Assembly (NCBI RefSeq): GCF_013315695.1
Contig: NZ_CP054353.1
DNA length: 64,000 bases
Origin: Escherichia coli
Lineage (GTDB): Bacteria > Pseudomonadota > Gammaproteobacteria > Enterobacterales > Enterobacteriaceae
Reading direction: 5' to 3' (one strand)
The position numbers and the translations under genes are program-made. The notes under the pieces were generated by a model, which was not told the DNA's origin, ran no database searches, and was given only the letters and a program-made list of their open reading frames with translations. How positions within the stretch are numbered: the first letter of the stretch is position 1; each line of letters starts with the position of its first letter. This document shows, in pieces, positions 56,341 through 64,000 of the stretch.

Positions 56341-57030
56341 TTAAATGCCGAGTGGGAAAATATCATGGCCTTGTTCCTGCCAACTGGTGAGTTGCTGCTG
56401 TTGGGCGGAGGTTCGATTTTCACCGCACCACACCAGCAATGTACGGCCTTCGAACAGTTCAGGGCGTAGTTGATTGAGCGAGTGGGCGAGGACATCAATG
56501 CGCCATCCTTGTTGACTGGCAATCCAGCCCTCCAGCCACAGACGGGTGGTATCCTGAATATTCCAGCCAACCACCAGCGCATCTTTACCCTGTTTTTTAC
56601 GTGCCGAAGCCAGACAAATGGCAATGTAGTTGATCAGTACGCCGTCGAGGATCGCCAGCAGCGCCTGGAGAGTCGGTTGTTGGCACTGAAGCCGTCGGCG
56701 CAGTGGAATGAACAGATGTGTGGTGAGTGTCTGGGCGGGGTAATCCTGACCGCGCTCTTTGATCCACGTTCGCAGGCTATGCAGATTGCCGCTTTGCAGG
56801 TAAGTCAGTAATGTTTCTTGCTGATCGCGCCAGCCGTTCTGCACATCAACATTTTCATTACTGAGCAGCATTTTTACTTTGCTGACCTGCACGCCATTGT
56901 CGATCCAGCGTTTGATCTCGCGGATCCGGTCAATATCGGCATCGTTGAACAGCCGATGACCGCCGTCTGTCCGTTGCGGTTTCAGCAATCCGTAACGCCT
57001 CTGCCACGCGCGTAACGTGACAGGGATTAA
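56341..57030 (-). pseudogene. mlrA: mlrA (yehV), MerR-family curli regulator, 5'-truncated by prophage integration
   Basis: Reading frame matches MlrA from about residue 15 (..[30 protein letters not shown]...) to the stop at 56341. Upstream of about 57030 the sequence no longer encodes the MlrA N-terminus (expected ..GEVALLCD) and an integrase gene follows. Confidence 0.8.
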
Positions 57031-57062
57031 GGGTAAACTAACTGATTTTACAAGTTTTTATT

Positions 57063-58349
57063 TTACCCCACTTTCTTATGGGGCATACATGGGACACTTT
57101 CAGATAGTCTTTTGTTAAGGAGTTCTATCTGTTCGTGATTGTTGTCTTTCATCCATGCTCCGTAAACATTGAATACCATTTGTGCGTTTGTGTGGCCCAT
57201 CTGGCTTGCGATAAAACTAGGATTAGCTCCAGCGGCAAGTGACCAGCATGCATAAGTATGCCTGGATTGGTACGATTTTCTGTGTCTCAGACCTGCGTGT
57301 TTTAAGATACTTGTCCATGACTCCCTGATGGAGTCAACCTTATAGTGCGGTCCGGAAAACTGCCGCTGTTTTATTACCTGAGGACTAAAAACAAAAGTGC
57401 ATTTATGCACAGTACTTCTCCCATATTCCCTCTGCTTTACCTCTACAGAATGTTGCTTTCCAAGCATGGTCATTTCCGCCTGACTTTTAAGAGCATCAAT
57501 AGCTGGTTGAACCAGATGAATTGTCCTTCCGGTGCCAGCATCGGTTTTTGGTGGAGTGAATTCGCCAAGTTTTGTATAATTCCTACGGATGGTTATAGTC
57601 CTTGCTTTAAGATCTATATCTTCCCATGCCAGCGATACCAGCTCCCCGTGACGAATACCCGTGTATACAGCGAGAATCCACAGGTTTTTTGTTTGTTGAT
57701 GACGGCAAGCCTCAATAAAACGAATAAATTCGTCACGGGTGAGAGGATCTGGTTTTACCTTGGACTTTTTTAAGGGAGCCAGACCGTTAAATGGGTTTCC
57801 TGAGGTATAACCATTATCTGTTGCAAATTGAAACATTCCAGCTATGGTTGTCATATAGTAGTTTACCGTGACCACTGAGCGCCCTTTTATGGAAGAAGTC
57901 TTTCCATTAGAAAGTTTTTGGTAACCGGTCAACAAATCTCTCCTTACGAAAAGTAAATCCTCTTTTGTTATGGATGAAACCAGTTTTTTTTCACCTAACA
58001 TTGGTAACATGTTTTTAATTACTGACTGGTAACGGTTAAGTGCATTCGCACAAATCTCAATTTTCTTAAGGTCCAACCATTTTTCCGAAAGTGCCTTAAC
58101 GGTTATCTCTCTTTTTCCCAGACCAAAGTGTTTCAGGTTAGGGGAATTAGGGAACTGCGCGGAGTAGTCGAAACTCCCCATTCTGATTGCAAAACAAACG
58201 GAAGTGCGAAGTTCACCAGCGATCTTCCGGTTTTTGGCTGTGTCAGGAACACCGAGGTTTTCTCTGACACGTTTGCCATTATAGTGAAACCATATACGGA
58301 GTGATCCTCCATGGTTTTCAACGCCTGTCGGGTATGATGCGTTACTCAT
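57063..58349 (-). CDS. int: Phage tyrosine integrase
   Basis: 428-aa ORF with C-terminal tyrosine-recombinase catalytic region (..RHTYACWSLAAGANPSFIASQMGHTNAQMVFNVYGAWM..); 3' end about 30 bp from the att junction. Confidence 0.9.
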   Translation of the reverse strand: MSNASYPTGVENHGGSLRIWFHYNGKRVRENLGVPDTAKNRKIAGELRTSVCFAIRMGSFDYSAQFPNSPNLKHFGLGKREITVKALSEKWLDLKKIEICANALNRYQSVIKNMLPMLGEKKLVSSITKEDLLFVRRDLLTGYQKLSNGKTSSIKGRSVVTVNYYMTTIAGMFQFATDNGYTSGNPFNGLAPLKKSKVKPDPLTRDEFIRFIEACRHQQTKNLWILAVYTGIRHGELVSLAWEDIDLKARTITIRRNYTKLGEFTPPKTDAGTGRTIHLVQPAIDALKSQAEMTMLGKQHSVEVKQREYGRSTVHKCTFVFSPQVIKQRQFSGPHYKVDSIRESWTSILKHAGLRHRKSYQSRHTYACWSLAAGANPSFIASQMGHTNAQMVFNVYGAWMKDNNHEQIELLNKRLSESVPCMPHKKVG

Positions 58350-58382
58350 TAAACCTCCCAGACGTCCAGGAGCATTAACAGG

Positions 58383-58637
58383 TTAACCGGAACTTGCATT
58401 TTTGGCACCTGGTTGTTTCTGGTTTTCGATCCATCGCATAATTTCTTCGATGTTGTACAGGCATTCACTGTAGTGCCTCGGATCACCTTCTACAGCGTAA
58501 TGGCGGTATTCTTTTCCCTGCATCCATGACTTTCTTCTTGCCCGCTCAATGGTGCCAGGCTTTAGCCCTGTTGATGCAATGAGGACTCTCTCCGTACACC
58601 ATTTGCTGGGGGTTATCTGATAGATGATTGTCTGCAT
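58383..58637 (-). CDS. xis: Excisionase-like DNA-binding protein
   Basis: 84-aa ORF immediately upstream of int on the same strand; basic winged-helix-like segment (LKPGTIERARRKSW). Confidence 0.65.
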   Translation of the reverse strand: MQTIIYQITPSKWCTERVLIASTGLKPGTIERARRKSWMQGKEYRHYAVEGDPRHYSECLYNIEEIMRWIENQKQPGAKNASSG

Positions 58638-58655
58638 GCCAACCTCATAAAATTT

Positions 58656-58790
58656 TCATCCACGGCAGTGGCACCACACGTCAAACATTCGCTTCACAAC
58701 TTCACGACAGTAGAAGCCGTCAACATCTCGCGTCAGGTCATAGCGATTGCCGTAACGCTGGTGGACCCATCGTTCAAATGCTTTATTCAT
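58656..58790 (-). CDS. Small Cys-containing protein (44 aa), hypothetical
   Basis: Manual translation MNKAFERWVHQRYGNRYDLTRDVDGFYCREVVKRMFDVWCHCRG; fits the tight gene packing between xis and the next ORF; below ORF-track cutoff. Confidence 0.3.
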   Translation of the reverse strand: MNKAFERWVHQRYGNRYDLTRDVDGFYCREVVKRMFDVWCHCRG

Positions 58791-58793
58791 TCT

Positions 58794-59072
58794 TTACTTC
58801 CTTTTTATGGCTCGTAATTTTTTCAGGTGCTTTTCCTGCTCAGTGTCCGCGAGAATTTTGCGGTACTCCTGGTGGTCAATATGTTCGAACAGGCAGTTTA
58901 ACTCACCAATGCGTACCCGCCCGGATCGTCCGTCCATCCGTCGAAAGAACACTGAGTGCTCAGTGATGCGAGTAATCACCACGGGGTATCCGGCTCTGTC
59001 CGTGTATATCTGACCGCGTTGAATCAAAGCGAACATGTGGTTATCCCCATCGACAAATCGAGAACACAACAA
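58794..59072 (-). CDS. Phage hypothetical protein
   Basis: 92-aa ORF in the co-directional early operon. Confidence 0.45.
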   Translation of the reverse strand: MLCSRFVDGDNHMFALIQRGQIYTDRAGYPVVITRITEHSVFFRRMDGRSGRVRIGELNCLFEHIDHQEYRKILADTEQEKHLKKLRAIKRK

Positions 59073-59120
59073 ACGCTGCTGCGAATACCACCCCCAGAGT
59101 TACGATTGCATCAGGCCAGC

Positions 59121-59639
59121 TCATTGATTCACCTCCTGCCTGTCGTCCGGCATTCGCTCACTACAGCTTATCCAACCATCCGGAGTTACCGGAGAGCTGG
59201 TTGACGCTTCCGGGATTTTCCGAAAATTATTGGTTGACGAATCTTTATTTTCCCGAAAGTTTCCGGACTGAAGCATGGCTTCGCGGCAATCGTTCCAGCC
59301 TGTAGCGTATGCAGCCGCTTTGCTGCTGCCTTCAACTGGCGCATCCTGCCAATACATTTCTTCCGGCACTACCGGCGCTGGAGGGGCGGCGTAAATGCCC
59401 TCTATCACTAAATGTTTGCGCTCAAAATCATCTGGCTCTCGATGATATACGTAACTCCAATCACCAAGGTTATCATTGCGCCTGCAACGGAAACCTATCG
59501 GCTCTGCTTCCAGCGATGCCAGAGCAATTCGTGCCAGTTCTTCCGCTTCTTCTGCTGGCAGTACAACGTTGCTACCCGGTCCGTATGTTTCGCGCCACTG
59601 CTTGATTGTCAGCAGTCGCTCTTTGGTAATAGTGATCAT
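59121..59639 (-). CDS. Phage hypothetical protein
   Basis: 172-aa ORF; its start overlaps the stop of the upstream gene by 4 nt. Confidence 0.5.
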   Translation of the reverse strand: MITITKERLLTIKQWRETYGPGSNVVLPAEEAEELARIALASLEAEPIGFRCRRNDNLGDWSYVYHREPDDFERKHLVIEGIYAAPPAPVVPEEMYWQDAPVEGSSKAAAYATGWNDCREAMLQSGNFRENKDSSTNNFRKIPEASTSSPVTPDGWISCSERMPDDRQEVNQ

Positions 59640-60151
59640 GCCGCGTTTCCTTCTTTCTTATTAACAATTACACCGTCATATATTTCATTAAGGTGCCCTC
59701 TCAACTCCATGCGCCTTAATGCAGATAACATGTAATCGCATTCAACCTGCTTATTCCCGGTAAATGGCTTATCGTCAGGATTACCCCAACAGCAATTACC
59801 CCTGGGCCATCCATGTACTTTCCGTACTCTTCCGTTAACAACGTGAAGTAATCCCCAGCCGGGAGGTAAATCCTCAACTGAAATAATTTCCGGCTCACTA
59901 ATAAAGAATCGCCAGTCGCCCATGCCAAGTGAGGGATTTTTACGGAAACGCTTTTTTCTATCTGCCAACAAGTCAGCACGAGAACACTTCGCCTCTATCA
60001 GGCATGATGCTGAATTTCTGAATCCCATAGCATCTGGCTGTTCTCCGGTACTGGTTACAGCAACAAAGCGGTCATGAAAGCAAACCTTGAACCCGTTGCG
60101 CTTAAGGAACTTGTACGCAATCTGACAGAGTTCGTGGTGTGTTAACGCCAT
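59636..60151 (-). CDS. Phage protein with PD-(D/E)XK nuclease-like motif
   Basis: 171-aa ORF containing ..GEQPDAMGF..(11 aa)..IEAKCS.., a PD-x(n)-E-x-K pattern; assignment is by motif only. Confidence 0.4.
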   Translation of the reverse strand: MALTHHELCQIAYKFLKRNGFKVCFHDRFVAVTSTGEQPDAMGFRNSASCLIEAKCSRADLLADRKKRFRKNPSLGMGDWRFFISEPEIISVEDLPPGWGLLHVVNGRVRKVHGWPRGNCCWGNPDDKPFTGNKQVECDYMLSALRRMELRGHLNEIYDGVIVNKKEGNAA

Positions 60152-60152
60152 A

Positions 60153-60752
60153 TCACTCTCCTTTGATGCGAATGTCAGCGACGCGTAATGCGTGTTCTAG
60201 GTCAATCAGGTAAAGCCAACTGCCATTTTCTTTAGGTATCATGACTTGTCGCTCATCTGCATTTATGGGGTGTCCATATCGAAGGTCGTAGCGAGTCGGT
60301 AATTGAACTTCCCGCGCTTCCAGTTCAGCAATACGCTTGCACCCATCAGAGATAACTCCCTCATAATACTCGCGCTGCTCGTTGAGTTTTGATTTTGTCT
60401 CCTCAAGCTCAACGCGCAGCTTCCCTACCGTTAGCGCAATATCCTCGTTCTCCTGGTCGCGGCGTTTGATGTATTGCTGGTTTCTTTCCTGTTCATCCAG
60501 CAGTGCCAGCACGGTAGCCGGGTTAGCCTCTGCTATGAATTCAGCGTTTGCATAAGCCTGAGCATCTGTTTCAACCAGGCAGTTAACGTGACATTCTGCA
60601 ATTACGCCACCGGGTTCTCCTTTCCATTTTTGACAAACAAAAACTCCTGTTAAATTGCCGTGTTGGTTAACAGATGTATGCCCTACGATGTAGCTTCCTT
60701 TAGTTGCTTTCTCTGCCTTTTCACGCAGTACCTGATAGTTAATGTTGCTCAC
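60153..60752 (-). CDS. Phage hypothetical protein with coiled-coil region
   Basis: 199-aa ORF; start overlaps the upstream stop; central charged heptad-like region (LRVELEETKSKLNEQREYYE). Confidence 0.5.
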   Translation of the reverse strand: MSNINYQVLREKAEKATKGSYIVGHTSVNQHGNLTGVFVCQKWKGEPGGVIAECHVNCLVETDAQAYANAEFIAEANPATVLALLDEQERNQQYIKRRDQENEDIALTVGKLRVELEETKSKLNEQREYYEGVISDGCKRIAELEAREVQLPTRYDLRYGHPINADERQVMIPKENGSWLYLIDLEHALRVADIRIKGE

Positions 60753-60988
60753 TGGTTGCCTCCTTTACGGATCTGCGCTGCGATGCACGAAAAAAAAGAC
60801 TTTCGCGTATGACTGTTAAGAGCTGGCGCGAACGCCGCGTTAAGAACGGCGGCATCACAGCCGTCATCGATATAGAGCGCAATTTTTTTCTCCAGGCGTG
60901 CTTTGGCTTCCTGCAACTGCATATCCCGGCACGCACGCGGGATATACTCAGCAATTTGAGCGATAGATTTTTCGTTCTGTTTAAACAT
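60749..60988 (-). CDS. Phage hypothetical protein
   Basis: 79-aa ORF chosen over the overlapping 120-aa alternative (60739..61101) because it keeps the 4-8 nt start/stop overlap chain of the operon. Confidence 0.4.
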   Translation of the reverse strand: MFKQNEKSIAQIAEYIPRACRDMQLQEAKARLEKKIALYIDDGCDAAVLNAAFAPALNSHTRKSFFSCIAAQIRKGGNQ

Positions 60989-61184
60989 GCTTCACCTCGA
61001 TAGGCTTGATGGTATCGATCAGCAGTCGGCGGCGAGTATTTTCTGCAAAGTGGCGGCGTCCGGTTTCTTTGTGGTAAAACTCGTTTTTTCCGACGACCCA
61101 CATCCGCTTTGTCTGGTGCAGTTTTTTTACCTGCGGACCGTCTCGGGTGATAACAATTCCTGTATGAGTTTTTATCACGCTCAT
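60981..61184 (-). CDS. Phage hypothetical protein
   Basis: 67-aa basic ORF within the overlap chain. Confidence 0.4.
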   Translation of the reverse strand: MSVIKTHTGIVITRDGPQVKKLHQTKRMWVVGKNEFYHKETGRRHFAENTRRRLLIDTIKPIEVKHV

Positions 61185-61543
61185 TTTTTATTCTTCGGTG
61201 CTTTCGGCATTACTGCCCAGTGAGTGATATTGACGTTTTCAAGGTCCCCGACCTGAAATGTCCACAGCCATTCTCCGGTTTCTTTTTGTCCCCAGGTGTA
61301 CCAGAGAGAACGCCAGCCAATTAGCCAGCCTTCTCCGTTAGCATCAAATAACAGAACACTTTCATTTGCTGGTGGCAGTTCAGCTGACACTGGTATTATT
61401 TTGTTTTCCAGTGCCGCACATTTAGCTTCAAGCGCGTCGAATTTACGTAACAGGTACTCAGCATTTGTTTCATTCACTTTCAGATCTCGCGGTACACATT
61501 TCCCGCGAAGAAACCCTTCCATTTCGAAAACATTCATGCGCAT
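61181..61543 (-). CDS. Phage protein, DUF551-like
   Basis: 120-aa ORF with Trp-rich C-terminal segment (GWLIGWRSLWYTWGQKETGEWLW) resembling DUF551 phage proteins as recalled. Confidence 0.45.
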   Translation of the reverse strand: MRMNVFEMEGFLRGKCVPRDLKVNETNAEYLLRKFDALEAKCAALENKIIPVSAELPPANESVLLFDANGEGWLIGWRSLWYTWGQKETGEWLWTFQVGDLENVNITHWAVMPKAPKNKK

Positions 61544-62139
61544 TTGCGTAACTCCGATAAATCGTTAAAACGTTCCATAAACATCCCGTAGGCATGACCC
61601 GGTGCCAGTGGAATCACGTTGAACATCTCTGTTGCCGGGATGCCTTCCAGTACTGGCCAGAAAGAGCCATCATCAAGCCCGAGATCGCGGCGTTCGGTTG
61701 CCAGCATGATGAGATCGGCATATTTCACAGGCGTGCGCATAACCGGGGGTAACCCGTATTTCTCACGGATTACGGCGTCTATTTTTTCTTCCATCCGTTT
61801 ATAGTCAGGAAGAAGGCGTTTCAGTGGAGCGGGAATATCCTGGCAATACGCTTCTGTTGCATCATGCATTAACGCTTCAAAAGCAAATTCCTGCGGCACC
61901 AGCTGGCTGCAAAGCACCGCATGCTGGGCGACACTGTAGAAGTGTGAAAGATGTCCTGCAAAGCGACAGATATTTGAAAGGGAAACCGCGATATCGTTAA
62001 TCACGATGTCGTCTTTATTTATCTTGTCATAATAAAAATGCTTCCCGGAAAAAGTTTTAATAAATGACATTTCGTTCTCCACTTTATATGCGCTGCACCG
62101 CTCTGAATTTTGATTGCAGCAATCCAGCCCATTTGACAT
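61534..62139 (-). CDS. HD-domain phosphohydrolase (YfbR-like 5'-deoxynucleotidase family)
   Basis: 201-aa ORF with H...HD metal-binding signature (..AGHLSHFYSVAQHAVL...LMHDATEAY..). Confidence 0.55.
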   Translation of the reverse strand: MSNGLDCCNQNSERCSAYKVENEMSFIKTFSGKHFYYDKINKDDIVINDIAVSLSNICRFAGHLSHFYSVAQHAVLCSQLVPQEFAFEALMHDATEAYCQDIPAPLKRLLPDYKRMEEKIDAVIREKYGLPPVMRTPVKYADLIMLATERRDLGLDDGSFWPVLEGIPATEMFNVIPLAPGHAYGMFMERFNDLSELRKCA

Positions 62140-62160
62140 GGGATGATTGCTGCAATTTTT

Positions 62161-63078
62161 TTAAGTTGTTGGATTTTGGCTTTTATCTTCTTTGTAAGAA
62201 AGAAGGTCACACATCAAATTAACTACCTTGCTGAATTGGAAAAGGTCAGCGCCAGTCTGATGACGCCACTGGAATGCTTTATCATCTTCATCATTAAATG
62301 TCTGAGATTGAGTATTGATGCGCGAAAAATGGAAATTTTCGGTAAGAATGAAGGTCACACCGCAACCGGATAACTCCATTTTATCAGCAGTGAAACTACT
62401 ACTAAGGCTATCGGCCAGTTCGCTTTGAATTGACTCATGCTCAGCTGAGTAGCGAATAATTTCCTTTTGATCTGCGTAGCGTGATAGCTGAATATAATTT
62501 CCGACAGTGAATCCTTCAAATGCATTGGCTGCACCATTGATGTAGTTATTCAGGCGTGTAGTCAGTCCATTCTTGATATCACTGATGTTGATTGTTTCTG
62601 TTTTCACTGAACCGACAACCTTAATCAGCATTGCGCATACCATACCGGCTATTATTTTATTGGTTGTGTTGATTACCAATAATTTCTCATCAGTGCTGTA
62701 CAATGCAAGAATCAGAGTAGACTTAACAAATGCCTGTTTGCATAGATCTACTCGTACGTTATCAATAATGGCCAGTCGTTCGGCACGCTTTAATTTATTC
62801 CCGGACATATTTTCGGTTGTTTGGATTCGAGAATTAGCTTCTTTCATGACGACATGTCGGGGAATTATTTTCTGATCATGACGGATTACCATTGCGTACC
62901 CACCAGATATCGGAGTTACCAGTTCACCAGTGACAGGATTCTCTACAAAAGAGGACCGTGAAAATTCTGTTTCCCCGATTTCAGAATAAGGGAGTTCGAG
63001 AAGATGACCTTCAATAGCCTGTATACTAGGTAATGTTGCTCGGTACACAATTGCGTTACGAAATTTTGGTAATTTCAT
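62161..63078 (-). CDS. RdgC-like recombination-associated protein
   Basis: About 305 aa from ATG at 63078 (MKLPKFRNAIVYRATLP...) with aggaaa SD; N-terminal pattern and length resemble bacterial RdgC (MLWFKNLMVYRL...). The ORF-track 5' extension to 63279 is likely untranslated. Confidence 0.5.
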   Translation of the reverse strand: MKLPKFRNAIVYRATLPSIQAIEGHLLELPYSEIGETEFSRSSFVENPVTGELVTPISGGYAMVIRHDQKIIPRHVVMKEANSRIQTTENMSGNKLKRAERLAIIDNVRVDLCKQAFVKSTLILALYSTDEKLLVINTTNKIIAGMVCAMLIKVVGSVKTETINISDIKNGLTTRLNNYINGAANAFEGFTVGNYIQLSRYADQKEIIRYSAEHESIQSELADSLSSSFTADKMELSGCGVTFILTENFHFSRINTQSQTFNDEDDKAFQWRHQTGADLFQFSKVVNLMCDLLSYKEDKSQNPTT

Positions 63079-63765
63079 TCTATTTTCCTCTGCACAATGT
63101 ATTAGTTTCTCCACAAAACAGAGAAGAACACCTGCGGTGGCAGCCGCCCGGATGGATTGGGTTATGAGCCCGTCGTCCGGTGATGCTCTTCTCTGTTTTG
63201 TAAAAAGAGCGGTACCAGCCGGAAGCAAGTGTACAAACTGGTACCGCCAAAGCAGTGGCTGTTGTGGTGGGGTTGTCACTCAGGCGTATGGTCAACCTGA
63301 CAACCCGGTGTCCTCAACGGGGAAAGAGTAACCCCGCCATACTTACCGCCGCGCCATTTCGCGGATTACCACAACGCTGAGAGCACTTAGCCAGTTACGG
63401 CACCACACTTTGTCGCGGTTCCATAAATGCCCTCATCGTTGCACCCTGGTCTCTTCCCAGGCGTCAAACCGAATCGCCACGCTGGTTAGGCGTCTTATCA
63501 GCATCCTCATTGACTTGCACATTCCGGCTATCTGGTTTGTTTGCCCGAGCAAGGAGTGGATTGTCCCCTTTAACGTCCCCAGACCGCTAACGACGCATGT
63601 GCCATACGCCGTGTTACAACCAAATTTTGTTAGTACCTTGTTTGTAGGTCTGGAGAGAAAGATAAAATGAAGTTGCGCATTATGCAAGTGTTTTATTGCG
63701 AGATAAGCAATTTGGTGGGTAATGAAAAGCCACCTTCTGGTGGCTAATTGATGTTGAGGTAGGGG

Positions 63766-64000
63766 GTTAATTGTGTCGCTTAAGGGTCTGTGACTGACTG
63801 ATTAAGACCTTTCCAAAGACCATAAACCGGTGTTCGTTTTCGCTGGTAATTCCCCATTCGCGGTAAATCTGATTATCAGAAATTACCAGCAGTTTATCAG
63901 GTATCATTTGCAGTCGTTTGACGTAAATTTTATCATCAAAACCAAATACATATATACCATCCCCATCAAACTGATTGATACTGATATCAACGAAGATGAG
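63766..64000 (-). CDS. Partial CDS (C-terminal 78 codons; start lies beyond right window edge): S24 LexA/CI-like peptidase domain, candidate phage repressor
   Basis: Manual translation ..LIFVDISINQFDGDGIYVFGFDDKIYVKRLQMIPDKLLVISDNQIYREWGITSENEHRFMVFGKVLISQSQTLKRHN*, resembling the C-terminal autocleavage domain of CI/LexA-type repressors. Confidence 0.4.

Larger units (their letters stand above)
57030..64000. mobile_element. Integrated prophage, left end (att junction at about 57030; continues past window end)
   Basis: Integrase and excisionase at the junction inside mlrA, followed by a compact leftward operon of small overlapping phage-type genes. Confidence 0.85.

Noticed and set aside
60739-61101. 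Alternative 120-aa ORF overlapping two smaller phage ORFs
   Set aside because: It breaks the consistent 4-8 nt start/stop overlap chain of the operon; the two-gene solution is more parsimonious.
63410-63687. ORFs of 84-86 aa on both strands in the phage non-coding stretch
   Set aside because: No RBS, overlapping each other on opposite strands, no N-like or other recognisable features; treated as non-coding pending expression data.
57030-64000. Calling the prophage Stx-converting
   Set aside because: No stx, Q or lysis genes are within the window; only the integration site is suggestive.
1-64000. CRISPR arrays, tRNA and rRNA genes
   Set aside because: No regularly spaced direct repeats with unique spacers, and no tRNA- or rRNA-like sequence, were seen on reading the window.
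1-64000. Treating the window as plain E. coli K-12 sequence
   Set aside because: The ybjP-ybjQ island, the IS110 element at a synteny break, the mlrA prophage and the left-edge toxin gene are all absent from K-12 as recalled.

Overview
Enterobacterial, Escherichia coli-like chromosomal window; all identifications are from reading the sequence and recalling protein families, with no database search run. Positions 1-41,000 are collinear with the E. coli K-12 rimO-bssR-yliI-gstB-dacC-deoR-ybjG-mdfA-...-potFGHI-rlmC-artJ/artPIQM-ybjP-ybjQ-amiD-ltaE-poxB-hcr-hcp-ybjE block, with the sRNA rybB between rcdA and ybjL. That block has one clear exception: a ~2.6 kb AT-rich island between ybjP and ybjQ encoding a 600-aa pentapeptide-repeat protein. 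At 41.0-42.8 kb an IS110-family (DEDD recombinase) element sits exactly where synteny with K-12 breaks: ybjE is joined to yohP-mdtQ-yohF-yohD-yohC-pbpG-dld-bglX-osmF-yehYXW-yohO-mlrA, a block that lies about 1.3 Mb away and in inverted orientation in K-12. The IS flanks carry nested inverted repeats that could form a structured guide (bridge-type) RNA; this is the candidate I would follow up first. mlrA is truncated at its 5' end at about 57,030 by an integrated prophage (tyrosine integrase, excisionase, then a leftward early operon including PD-(D/E)XK-like, HD-domain, DUF551-like and RdgC-like proteins) that runs to the window end. The left window edge holds a partial RelE/HigB-2-like toxin gene where K-12 has dgcI. 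No rRNA, tRNA or CRISPR array was found.
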